Position numbers and translations under genes: made by a program
The notes under the pieces: model-generated
What the model was told of the DNA's origin: nothing
The model's input: only the letters and a program-made list of their open reading frames with translations
Databases searched by the model: none
Shown here: positions 55,798-64,000 of the stretch, in pieces
How positions within the stretch are numbered: the stretch's first letter is position 1
Layout: every line of letters starts with the position of its first letter
From: an uncultured Brevinematales bacterium
GTDB lineage: Bacteria > Spirochaetota > Brevinematia > Brevinematales > CAYRWR01
Length of the DNA: 64,000 bases
NCBI GenBank assembly: GCA_964537555.1
Contig: CAZIAD010000003.1
Span: forward strand, 3,921 to 67,920
Reading direction: 5' to 3'

Positions 55798-57093
55798 ATG
55801 AAAAAAAGTGTAGCTCTGTTATTTTTTCTGTTTATTAAGATATCACCCATTTTCTCTTCTACCGTTAACCTGTGGCACGGTTACCGGGGACAGGAAAAAG
55901 CCGCCATAGAAAGTGTGACCCGGGCTTTTAATCTGGCTCATGAGGATGTGCAGGTCAAGCTCCTGGCAGTACCCTTTGACGCTCTGAATGACAAGCTTCA
56001 GTCCACCATCCCTCTGGGAAACGGCCCCGATGTGTTTGTATTTGCGCAGGACTATATCGGTACCTGGGCCGAACAGGGGCTGATCATTCCCCTGGAGTCC
56101 TATCTCACACCCGGTATTACCCAGAATTATTTCGGAAAGACTATTCAGGCTATGAACTATATGTATGATGAGGCGGTATGGGGCCTGCCCGGATCTTTTA
56201 AGAACATCGCTCTATTCTATAACAAGGATAAGATCAAAAACCCCCCTCAAAAAATGAGTGAGATCATAGCGGTCTCAAAAAACTTTACCAAACCCAATAA
56301 AGGCCAGTTCGGGCAATGGGGCTTTGTCTATGAAAACCGGAACTTTTACTATCACACCATGTGGATACAGGGGTTCGGTGGTAAGATATTCCGTTCTCTG
56401 GGCATGCATAAGGGTTCACCTCTCATGTTGCCCCTGATCTATTCCCGTCCCATAATGCAAGCCGGAAAATATGTCCTGGATAATGTCATCCGTTCCGGGA
56501 TCTGCCCGGAAGAACCCTCGGGCACTCTGGTGACCCAGCTCTTTAACACCGGTAATGCCATGTTTGTCGTGAACGGACAATGGTTTAGGGGCGAGATAGA
56601 GAAAAATATCAATTATGGATTGTCAAAACTGCCTATCATAGATTCCATTGGAAAACGGGCCATCCCCTTTATCACAGTAGAAGGATACTTTATGGCCTCC
56701 TGTTCCAAGAACCAGGTCGATGCAGTAAAAGTGATAGAGTATTATACTTCAGCAGCCATGGGTAAAGTAATGGCCCAGGAGGGAAAGCAGACCCCTGCCA
56801 ATAAAGGAGCCTATAAATACTCAGTGGTCAATAATGATGCCATATCTACCATTTTCAAAGATGCCGCTACCGTGGCCATTTCCATGCCCAATGTACCGGA
56901 AATGTCCTTTGCCTGGGGTGCCGGAGGAGGCAGCCTGGGAGATATGCTCAATGGAGAAGACCCTGAGACGGCTACCAAGAGACACCAGATCGAGATCATG
57001 AGGATGATCGAAGAGAGTAAAAAGATACCCGGGGCTTTTAAGAGCCTGGGCTATGATTATAATAAGCTGACCGCACCTTTGCCTGTGGATTAA
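55798..57093 (+). CDS. ABC-transporter extracellular solute-binding protein (family 1, MalE/maltodextrin-like), orphan
   Basis: Signal peptide, then VNLWHGYRGQEK...PFDALNDKL...GPDVFVFAQDYIGTW...ALFYNKD, the MalE-type pattern. No permease or ATPase gene is adjacent. Confidence 0.85.
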   Translation: MKKSVALLFFLFIKISPIFSSTVNLWHGYRGQEKAAIESVTRAFNLAHEDVQVKLLAVPFDALNDKLQSTIPLGNGPDVFVFAQDYIGTWAEQGLIIPLESYLTPGITQNYFGKTIQAMNYMYDEAVWGLPGSFKNIALFYNKDKIKNPPQKMSEIIAVSKNFTKPNKGQFGQWGFVYENRNFYYHTMWIQGFGGKIFRSLGMHKGSPLMLPLIYSRPIMQAGKYVLDNVIRSGICPEEPSGTLVTQLFNTGNAMFVVNGQWFRGEIEKNINYGLSKLPIIDSIGKRAIPFITVEGYFMASCSKNQVDAVKVIEYYTSAAMGKVMAQEGKQTPANKGAYKYSVVNNDAISTIFKDAATVAISMPNVPEMSFAWGAGGGSLGDMLNGEDPETATKRHQIEIMRMIEESKKIPGAFKSLGYDYNKLTAPLPVD

Positions 57094-57111
57094 CATCACA
57101 TCTTAACATCA

Positions 57112-57142
57112 AACCGGCTCTATACATGAGCCGGTTTTTTTA
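57112..57142 (+). terminator. Rho-independent terminator
   Basis: AACCGGCTC-TATACAT-GAGCCGGTT followed by T7. Confidence 0.8.
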
Positions 57143-57159
57143 ATGTCAAAGTCTGTCTA

Positions 57160-57969
57160 TTAATCCGGGATGACCACCTTGTCCAGGCCCTCTGCTGCCG
57201 GAGGATAGGCCAGCTCCATAGACTGCATGGTCTCCAGTAAAATACGGGAGACTACCGCATCCCGATAGCGTTTATTATTGGCCGGGATGATGTACCAGGG
57301 AGCGTAATCCGTACTGGTATGGGCAAACACTTCTTCAAACTGCTTCATATATTTATCCCAGAGGGCCCTTTCATCCAGGTCTCCCAGTGAAAATTTCCAG
57401 TTTTTAGACGGGATATCCAGCCTTTCCTGGAAGCGGCGCTTCTGCTCATCCTTGGAAATATACAGAAAGATCTTGATGATGACCGTTCCCTGGTCTGTGA
57501 GCAGTCGTTCAAAGTGATTGATGTGATCATAGCGCCTGAGGCATTCCTTGTGATCGATCCAGTCATGCACAGGTACCACCAGCACATCTTCATAATGGGA
57601 CCGATTAAAGACCCCAATCATCCCCTTGGGTGGCACCGCCTGGTGCACCCGCCACAGGTAGTCATGGGCCAGTTCCAGTTCTGTAGGCTTTTTAAAGGAA
57701 GTGACCCTGCATCCCTGAGGATTGATACGTCCCATTACTTTGCGTATAGTGCTATCCTTTCCCCCGGCATCTATGGCCTGCAGGACTACCAGCAGGGACT
57801 TTTTACCCTGGGCGTAAAGCTTCTCCTGCTCCACCAGGATCTGCGCAATATTATCCCGGGCAGTCTTTTTCAGCTCTTTTTTGTCGATCTGATCGAATGA
57901 CGGATCTATTCCTTCCAGGATATTTTTAGCCCCTTTTGCAGCAACAAAATCTTTGATGTTGATTTTCAT
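57160..57969 (-). CDS. Polyphosphate kinase 2 family (polyphosphate:nucleotide phosphotransferase)
   Basis: LLVVLQAIDAGGKDSTIRKV (Walker A-like), HDYLWRVH, FNRSHYEDV and the lid region. Single-domain PPK2 size. Confidence 0.9.
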   Translation of the reverse strand: MKINIKDFVAAKGAKNILEGIDPSFDQIDKKELKKTARDNIAQILVEQEKLYAQGKKSLLVVLQAIDAGGKDSTIRKVMGRINPQGCRVTSFKKPTELELAHDYLWRVHQAVPPKGMIGVFNRSHYEDVLVVPVHDWIDHKECLRRYDHINHFERLLTDQGTVIIKIFLYISKDEQKRRFQERLDIPSKNWKFSLGDLDERALWDKYMKQFEEVFAHTSTDYAPWYIIPANNKRYRDAVVSRILLETMQSMELAYPPAAEGLDKVVIPD

Positions 57970-58150
57970 ACTCCATCCTTAGTTATTTATCTATAAAAAA
58001 ATAGCAGGTCCTGGCCCGTCCCTGATGAAGCCAGCACTAACAATTTATCTCAGGTCTGGATTTTTGTCCACCAAATGGACTTATGTATGGAGATATCCTG
58101 ATTCAAAATGTGCTTTTTCTATAAGAAAGCCTATACATAGTATTCAATTG

Positions 58151-58179
58151 TTGACCATAACCCGATTACTTTTTACAAT
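58151..58179 (+). promoter_or_regulatory. Sigma-70-type promoter candidate
   Basis: TTGACC (58151-58156), 17-nt spacer, TACAAT (58174-58179). It lies inside the long ORF-track version of the downstream gene. Confidence 0.5.
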
Positions 58180-58204
58180 AAAAGAAAAACAGAAGGAGTT
58201 TCCA

Positions 58205-59344
58205 GTGAGACACTTAAGTGTTTTTGTATTACTTTTTAGTCTTGTCTTTATTTCCTGTTCTGCCAATCCGGAAAAACTTATCAAGGCAGTATCTGAAAAC
58301 GATATTGTCCAGATAAAAGCTATCCTGGAAAATGGTAAGAATAACAAAGCCCTGATAAACACTATACCCGAGTCAGGCGAGAATACTGCCCTGCATGAAG
58401 CGGTAGCCCAGAACAACCTGGATATACTGGAATACCTGATTAGTAAAGGGGGAAATCCCTCCATTAAAAACGGCCTGGGCAAGACAGCCCTGCACCTGGC
58501 TATGGACCTGCAGAATTACGGAGCATACCAGTACCTCCTGAAATCAGCCAATATCGATATGGTCGATGCTGAGGGTAATTCCCTCATAGTCTACGCACTG
58601 ATGAAAGATGAAAAGACTATTGCCAAATCACTGGCCCTGAAAAAACCGGATCTGTCTCTGCAAAACTATGCCGGTGTCCATGCCCTGGCCCTGATCACTG
58701 ATTATGATAAATTCGACCAGGAAATGCTCGATTTCTTTATCAATTCCAAGGTCCCCTATTCCTCAAAGGATGCATATCCCTTCTCCAGCACCTATCTTAG
58801 CCGGGCTATGGAAGAAAATGATGCGGATGCCATACAGAGACTGATGGATGTCGCTGATAAATTGAGATGTACAACAGTGGTAAAAGCTACTATTGCCAAA
58901 ACATTACTGGATTATTATAATACTACTTATGTAGGTACTTCGGCATACTACTCTGATGAAAGATTAGGTGAAGAAGTCCTGCTGGCCATGGTACTCAATG
59001 CTTATCCCGTATCAGAAAGAGAACCGGAAGGCTGGACCCTTCTGCACTGGATACTGTTTACCCAAAACAATGAAGACCTCATATACACCTGTGCCACCAA
59101 TCTTTTTTCCAAATACCTGCCCAAAAACTACTGGGCCCGTCCCTTTGTCATAGGCTCGGGGAGGCCCGGAGAGACTGTGATAAATCCTTACTTCACTCTG
59201 CTGGATATGGCCCAGGAAAGGAACTTCCCTACTCTGGAATATCTGTTTGAGAAAAATGAGATCACTGATAATAAAAAGACCAAGGATATGGTAGAATTTA
59301 TCCCTGCCGATTATGAAGAAGGCTATGAGGACTATGGAACCTGA
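58205..59344 (+). CDS. Ankyrin-repeat lipoprotein
   Basis: GTG 58205, 7 nt after AGAAGGAG, gives (M)RHLSVFVLLFSLVFISC, a lipobox signal. Ankyrin units such as GENTALHEAVAQNNLDILEYLISKGGNPSIKN follow. The ORF track starts at 58025. Confidence 0.8.
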   Translation: MRHLSVFVLLFSLVFISCSANPEKLIKAVSENDIVQIKAILENGKNNKALINTIPESGENTALHEAVAQNNLDILEYLISKGGNPSIKNGLGKTALHLAMDLQNYGAYQYLLKSANIDMVDAEGNSLIVYALMKDEKTIAKSLALKKPDLSLQNYAGVHALALITDYDKFDQEMLDFFINSKVPYSSKDAYPFSSTYLSRAMEENDADAIQRLMDVADKLRCTTVVKATIAKTLLDYYNTTYVGTSAYYSDERLGEEVLLAMVLNAYPVSEREPEGWTLLHWILFTQNNEDLIYTCATNLFSKYLPKNYWARPFVIGSGRPGETVINPYFTLLDMAQERNFPTLEYLFEKNEITDNKKTKDMVEFIPADYEEGYEDYGT

Positions 59345-59347
59345 TCT

Positions 59348-59992
59348 ATGAAGGATGACACAATCCATAAAGGGATAAGGATCTGTATATGGGCAGTCAT
59401 TGTACTATTCCTGGCAGTGGTCACGGTAGTATACTGGCCCCGGTGGTGGAAAGGCTTCAATTATGAACACAGTCCCATCGCCTATTTACAGACCCTTATC
59501 CTTTTTTTATGCTTCCTGGCCGGTATGGCTCTGGCGGTACTTTCCCCCCATAGAGAGAAATCCCTCCTTCTGACACTGCAAAGTGGCGGCTTTCTGTTCC
59601 TGACTCTGGATGAGCTCTTCTGTATACATGAATATTTAAAAGACCGCTTTTTTCCTGCCAGCTTTCAGCCTTCCAGCCTCCTGGCTCAATCCGGGTGGGG
59701 CGACTTTATCCTTTTATTTGTTTTTATAGCCGCCCTTTTTGTCTTTCCCTGGATATTAAAGATTTATGAGTCCCATAAAATAGCCAGACATAGATTTATC
59801 CTGGCCTTTATCCTGGCCGGGGTGGCGGTGAGCCTGGATGCCTTTAAGTTTCCCCCGGATATGCTGCTTTATATCCGCTGGCATCAGTTTACAGAGGAGA
59901 TCATAGAGACTGTTTCGCTGACATTTTTTCTTATAGCGCAGGTCTGCCTGTTTCCGGTATTTAAAAAGACTACTTCTTTAGCTCAGTCTTAG
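59348..59992 (+). CDS. Hypothetical multi-pass membrane protein
   Basis: 214 aa with about 6 hydrophobic helices. No motif recognised. Confidence 0.5.
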   Translation: MKDDTIHKGIRICIWAVIVLFLAVVTVVYWPRWWKGFNYEHSPIAYLQTLILFLCFLAGMALAVLSPHREKSLLLTLQSGGFLFLTLDELFCIHEYLKDRFFPASFQPSSLLAQSGWGDFILLFVFIAALFVFPWILKIYESHKIARHRFILAFILAGVAVSLDAFKFPPDMLLYIRWHQFTEEIIETVSLTFFLIAQVCLFPVFKKTTSLAQS

Positions 59993-59998
59993 AACAGC

Positions 59999-60346
59999 TT
60001 ATTTCCTGCTCCCTTTGGCTTTAGGGGGGAGGCTGGCGGCATAGTCCCGGCCCGTCTTTATCCAGTATTCCAGCTCCTTATCCTCTTCTATCCCGGCCGG
60101 GCTGACATAGATATAGCCCTTCATAGGCCGGCCTGTAAAATCCATCTCCGATACATACTGCCGGGACAGACAGCTGTTATACTGCTCAGGCCCGCAGCGC
60201 ACCATAAGCTTATCCCCGATGATTCCCACAAACATATAGTCCGGGGACATAAAGGCCAGTCCTCCGAACATCTTTTTTTCTGTCACTGCCGTGTCATCAC
60301 CCAGAATCTCCCGGATACGTTGGGCCAGGCCTTCGTCATAAGCCAT
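59999..60346 (-). CDS. TfoX N-terminal-domain protein
   Basis: DEGLAQRIREIL...EKKMFGGLAFM...MVR is the typical TfoX_N pattern. Confidence 0.8.
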   Translation of the reverse strand: MAYDEGLAQRIREILGDDTAVTEKKMFGGLAFMSPDYMFVGIIGDKLMVRCGPEQYNSCLSRQYVSEMDFTGRPMKGYIYVSPAGIEEDKELEYWIKTGRDYAASLPPKAKGSRK

Positions 60347-60492
60347 GAGCTGCTCCTGTGTTTGATTAATCTAATATAACTTAAATCATACATATTGTCT
60401 ATAAATACCCACTGTACTGGCGTCAGGAATTTGATATATCCGGGCAATCCGGATAAAATCTTTGACTGACTAAACACGGATAAAGGTAAAAT

Positions 60493-62370
60493 ATGAACAT
60501 ACTATCCCTGGATAAGATCTCCAAATCAGTGGGGGAAAAAGTCCTGTTTCAAAATATCTCTTTCGGTATGGAAGAGGGCCAGAAAGCAGCCCTGATCGGG
60601 GTCAATGGCTGTGGAAAAAGTACGCTGCTTAAAATGATAGCCGGAAAAGAAGCAGTCGACCAGGGAGTGATCTCTATAAATAATGCCATTAGGATCAGCT
60701 ACCTCTGCCAAACTCCTGAATACGATCCCTCTCATACCATACTGGACCATATATTCCATGAAGCTAATCCCAGAGTAGCCCTCATCAAGCAGTACGAGCT
60801 GCTCTGTGAAAAGATCAGCAAAGGGGATCACGGACTCCAGGATGCCCTGGCCCGACTCTCCGATCAGATGGACAATGCTGATGTCTGGAGCTACGAAAGT
60901 GAGATCAAATCTGTCCTCAGTAAGCTGGGCATAGATGAGCTGGACCTGAAGATGAAAGAGCTGTCGGGGGGAATGCTCAAAAGAGTAGCATTGGCCCAGG
61001 CGCTCATCGAAGAGGCCGACCTCCTCTTACTGGATGAACCCACTAACCACCTGGACATTGACACCATTATCTGGCTGGAAAATTATCTTAAGCGCTATAA
61101 ACAGAGCCTGCTCATGGTGACCCATGACCGCTATTTTCTGGACCAGGTCTGCAACTCCATCCTGGAGCTGGATACTTGCAGCCTCTTTAGCTACAAAGGC
61201 AACTACAGCTACTATCTGCGTAAAAAGACCGAGACTATAGAGATCGAAAAAAGGACTGACCGCAACATCGAAGGTATATTACGCACCGAAATGGAATGGC
61301 TCAAACGGGGCCCCAAAGCCCGGGGGACCAAATCAAAATCCCGTATTGAAAGAATTAACGGCCTCATACAGCGGGAGCGCCCTCAGGAAGAAGAAAGTGT
61401 TACATTCGAAGTCAAAGCCAGAAAGATGGGCAATAAGATCATGGAGATCCATAATGTTTCAAAGTCATTCGGTGAAAAGCCGGTTATAAAACCTTTCAGC
61501 TATTTCTTTAAAGACCAGGATAAGATAGGTCTGGTTGGTAAAAACGGAGCCGGAAAATCTACCCTGCTTAATCTCATCACCGGCAGGCTGCAGCCCGATG
61601 AGGGAGAGGTAGAGCTGGGCAAGCATACCCACATCGGGTATTTTGATCAGCACAGTATGGAGATGGACCCCGGGATGCTCCTCATAGACCATATCAAACA
61701 GTCCGCAGAAGTAATAGAGATCGCTAATGGCCAGACCCTGTCGGCCGCTAAGATGCTGGAGAAGTTCCTATTCCCACCCGAAAAGCATTACACCCTTATT
61801 AAACAGCTCTCCGGGGGAGAAAAACGGCGCCTCCATCTGCTTAGTATTCTTATGAAAAACCCTAACTTCCTCATCCTGGATGAGCCTACCAATGACTTTG
61901 ATGTGATCAGCCTGGGCGTACTGGAATCATTCCTGCTCTCTTTTAAAGGTTGCATCATCATCGTGTCTCACGACCGCTACTTTCTGGACAAGATCACTGA
62001 TCAGTTATTTATCTTTGACGGACTGGGCAATATAGACAGTTTTAATGGTAATTTTAGTGAATACCTGCAGTACAGGCAGCTCAGTGAAGCTCCGGTAAAA
62101 GCTAAATCTGCGCGCAGTGAGACTGCCGGCTGGAAAAGCACTGAAAAGGAAAAGACCAGACTCAGCTTTAATGAAAAAAAGGAGCTGGGCAGCATCGAAC
62201 AGGACATAGAGTCCCTCGAAAAAGAACGGCAGTCTATCGAAACAGAGTTTACAAAAATGGAGTTTGATAAAGACCGCATACAGGAAATGAATCAGCGCCT
62301 GCAGGAATTACGGACTCTTATTGACCAGAAATATGAACGCTGGGAATGGCTTCTCCAATTTGAGGAATAA
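60493..62370 (+). CDS. ABC-F family ATPase (Uup-like)
   Basis: Two ABC cassettes (GVNGCGKST, LSGGMLKRVALA, LLLDEPTNHLD; GKNGAGKST, LSGGEKRRLHL, LILDEPTNDFD). No TM domain, and a C-terminal coiled coil. Confidence 0.9.
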   Translation: MNILSLDKISKSVGEKVLFQNISFGMEEGQKAALIGVNGCGKSTLLKMIAGKEAVDQGVISINNAIRISYLCQTPEYDPSHTILDHIFHEANPRVALIKQYELLCEKISKGDHGLQDALARLSDQMDNADVWSYESEIKSVLSKLGIDELDLKMKELSGGMLKRVALAQALIEEADLLLLDEPTNHLDIDTIIWLENYLKRYKQSLLMVTHDRYFLDQVCNSILELDTCSLFSYKGNYSYYLRKKTETIEIEKRTDRNIEGILRTEMEWLKRGPKARGTKSKSRIERINGLIQRERPQEEESVTFEVKARKMGNKIMEIHNVSKSFGEKPVIKPFSYFFKDQDKIGLVGKNGAGKSTLLNLITGRLQPDEGEVELGKHTHIGYFDQHSMEMDPGMLLIDHIKQSAEVIEIANGQTLSAAKMLEKFLFPPEKHYTLIKQLSGGEKRRLHLLSILMKNPNFLILDEPTNDFDVISLGVLESFLLSFKGCIIIVSHDRYFLDKITDQLFIFDGLGNIDSFNGNFSEYLQYRQLSEAPVKAKSARSETAGWKSTEKEKTRLSFNEKKELGSIEQDIESLEKERQSIETEFTKMEFDKDRIQEMNQRLQELRTLIDQKYERWEWLLQFEE

Positions 62371-62559
62371 GACACCATCACCCTGGGTTTCCCTAACACA
62401 TCTGTCAGAGCTTCCCGGTATTAAAAAAACTGCAATTTATTTTGACCTTTGTTATTTTGGAACTAACAAAATTTACTGTTAAATGGTTTCACCTGTTGCT
62501 ATAAGCCGTTTTTTTGGATATAATTTAGCCACTGAAGCAATATATTAAGGCAGGATCGT

Positions 62560-63717
62560 GTGAATAAGATGGACAGGATAGATTTTTATAAAAACCGCTT
62601 TCTGATGTTTGAGATCGACCACTTAGCCAATCAAAGAGAAGCGGCCGGACTGCCCGTGATCAGGATGACCCTGGGTAAGTCAGAACGGCCCCTGCATCCC
62701 GATATTATCAGGGCTATGCAGTCCAGCCTGGAACATAATATCAAAAGTAAGCTGGTGCGCCCTTCCGGACTGGAAGAGCTCAAAGAAAAATTAAAAAATT
62801 ACTATGCCGACACCTACCGGGCCAGCCTTAATCCGGAAAACATCATCATCGGCCCCGGAACCGGTTATCTGATCAAATCTTTAATGGAATTACACCTGAC
62901 CCCGGAAGATGAAATATTACTGCCCAGGCCTTATTACTCCCTTTATTATTTCTGCGCCCTTCTCACTGGAGCCACCATACGCTATTACTCTATTGATCCG
63001 CATGACCTGTCTCTGGATATGGATTCCTTCCGGGACAATTTCAACACTAAGACCAAAATAGTGGTGCTCAATTCTCCGGGAAACCCACTGGGAAATATCA
63101 TCAGCAGGCAGGAACTGGAACAGATAGACAGGCTGATCAATGGACAGGCTCTCATAATCAGTGATGAGATATACAGCAATATCTGTTTTGATGAAAAAAG
63201 TACTTCCTTTCTGGAGCTTGACCATCCCCGCTCACAATGCGTGGTGACCAGTGGTTTTTCCAAGGGCTACCGTATGTATACCCGTAGGGTAGGTTATTGT
63301 ATAGTGCCTGACTCTCTGGTCACTCCCCTCAATGTCATGATGCAGCATACCATGCTCACAGTAGACCCTGTGGTGCAGTATGGCGCTCTATGTGCTCTGG
63401 ATCTGCAGTCAGAAGTAGAAGAGATCAGAACCCTGTACCAGCAGAGATGTGCCTACACCCTGGAAGCATTTTCCCGGCACTCATTAGTACGAGCCATTCC
63501 CTCCCGGGGAGGCTTCTACCTCACACTGGACTGCCAGTCATATATTCACCGGTCCGGACTGGCAGACAGCCTGGAGCTGGCCCGGAATATCCTCAGGGAT
63601 ACCGGGGTCGCTACCGTACCGGGGGAGGATTTTGGTTTGCCCGCTACCCTCCGGCTGTCCTTTACCAGCAGCCGTTATTGTGAGGGGATAGACCTGCTGG
63701 CACAATACTTACAATAA
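62560..63717 (+). CDS. PLP-dependent aminotransferase, class I/II
   Basis: NSPGNPLG, DEIYS and the PLP-lysine motif SGFSKGYRM. The start is either GTG 62560 or ATG 62569. Confidence 0.85.
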   Translation: MNKMDRIDFYKNRFLMFEIDHLANQREAAGLPVIRMTLGKSERPLHPDIIRAMQSSLEHNIKSKLVRPSGLEELKEKLKNYYADTYRASLNPENIIIGPGTGYLIKSLMELHLTPEDEILLPRPYYSLYYFCALLTGATIRYYSIDPHDLSLDMDSFRDNFNTKTKIVVLNSPGNPLGNIISRQELEQIDRLINGQALIISDEIYSNICFDEKSTSFLELDHPRSQCVVTSGFSKGYRMYTRRVGYCIVPDSLVTPLNVMMQHTMLTVDPVVQYGALCALDLQSEVEEIRTLYQQRCAYTLEAFSRHSLVRAIPSRGGFYLTLDCQSYIHRSGLADSLELARNILRDTGVATVPGEDFGLPATLRLSFTSSRYCEGIDLLAQYLQ

Positions 63718-63732
63718 TCCTGAGGAGATAGT

Positions 63733-64000
63733 ATGAGACGCAGACTAGAACGCTTTCTCATAAAAATATTTGATTCCTTACCCCGGACTCTGCACTCCCG
63801 AGTGGTCTTCATATTCTGGCTCTGCTTTCCCCTTATAATGTATAAGATCATTAAAGGCAGCTTTTTTTATCAACAAAGTGCCGTGCCCGATGAACAGATC
63901 TACACCAGGCAACCCGCTATTGACCCTATCCCTGCAGATGCTGAACACCGGGAGATATGTATCCGTTATTCAGGCGGAACAGACTCTACCCTGGCAGCAG
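63733..64000 (+). CDS. PP-loop (SGGxDS) ATP-pyrophosphatase-family protein, 3'-truncated by the window end
   Basis: My own translation from ATG 63733, after GAGGAG: MRRRLERFLIKIFDS...ICIRYSGGTDSTLAA. It has an N-terminal hydrophobic segment, and the PP-loop motif SGGTDS lies at the window edge. This ORF is not in the ORF track because it is open-ended. Confidence 0.55.
   Translation, partial: MRRRLERFLIKIFDSLPRTLHSRVVFIFWLCFPLIMYKIIKGSFFYQQSAVPDEQIYTRQPAIDPIPADAEHREICIRYSGGTDSTLAA

Noticed and set aside
60462-60492. TTGACT ... TAAAAT promoter-like pair directly before the ABC-F gene
   Set aside because: The spacer is 19 nt and the -10 hexamer abuts the ATG, leaving no leader or RBS. This is implausible as the functional promoter.
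1-64000. CRISPR arrays, rRNA or tRNA genes, IS elements, prophage genes
   Set aside because: Reading the intergenic regions and the ORF products revealed no regularly spaced repeats, no rRNA or tRNA signatures, and no transposase, integrase or phage structural motifs.

Overview
The window looks like a chromosomal segment from a free-living spirochaete. It carries the flaA flagellar sheath gene, a fliL-fliM-fliY switch operon and many lipoprotein-type signal peptides. GC is roughly 48-50% by eye. I support about 58 protein-coding genes and found no rRNA, tRNA, CRISPR array, transposase or integrase. Housekeeping content includes rsfS, an NtrB/NtrC-like pair, a DEAD-box helicase, glnS, a membrane pyrophosphatase, tandem hsp20 genes, rpsB-tsf-pyrH-rsmD-tsaB-rimI, flaA and fliLMY. 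Several alpha-glucan genes are scattered through the window: an exported debranching-like enzyme, an exported alpha-amylase and a MalE-like binding protein. Accessory content includes a UPF0182 operon ending in a CHAT-domain protein, two probably exported ankyrin-repeat proteins, a CotH-like lipoprotein, a PH/TerB/AAA+ ATPase and an ArsC/Spx-globin pair. The most interesting region is an AT-rich block of about 6.6 kb (49146-55797). It pairs an AfsA-type hot-dog enzyme fused to a PilZ-like domain, followed by two HAD phosphatase-like genes, with a convergent operon encoding a hybrid histidine kinase and a stand-alone double-Cache lipoprotein. I read this as a candidate butenolide or gamma-butyrolactone-like signal production and perception locus, which would be unusual outside actinomycetes. 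All family calls come from motif recognition by eye. Small-motif coordinates were indexed by hand, and no searches or computations were run.
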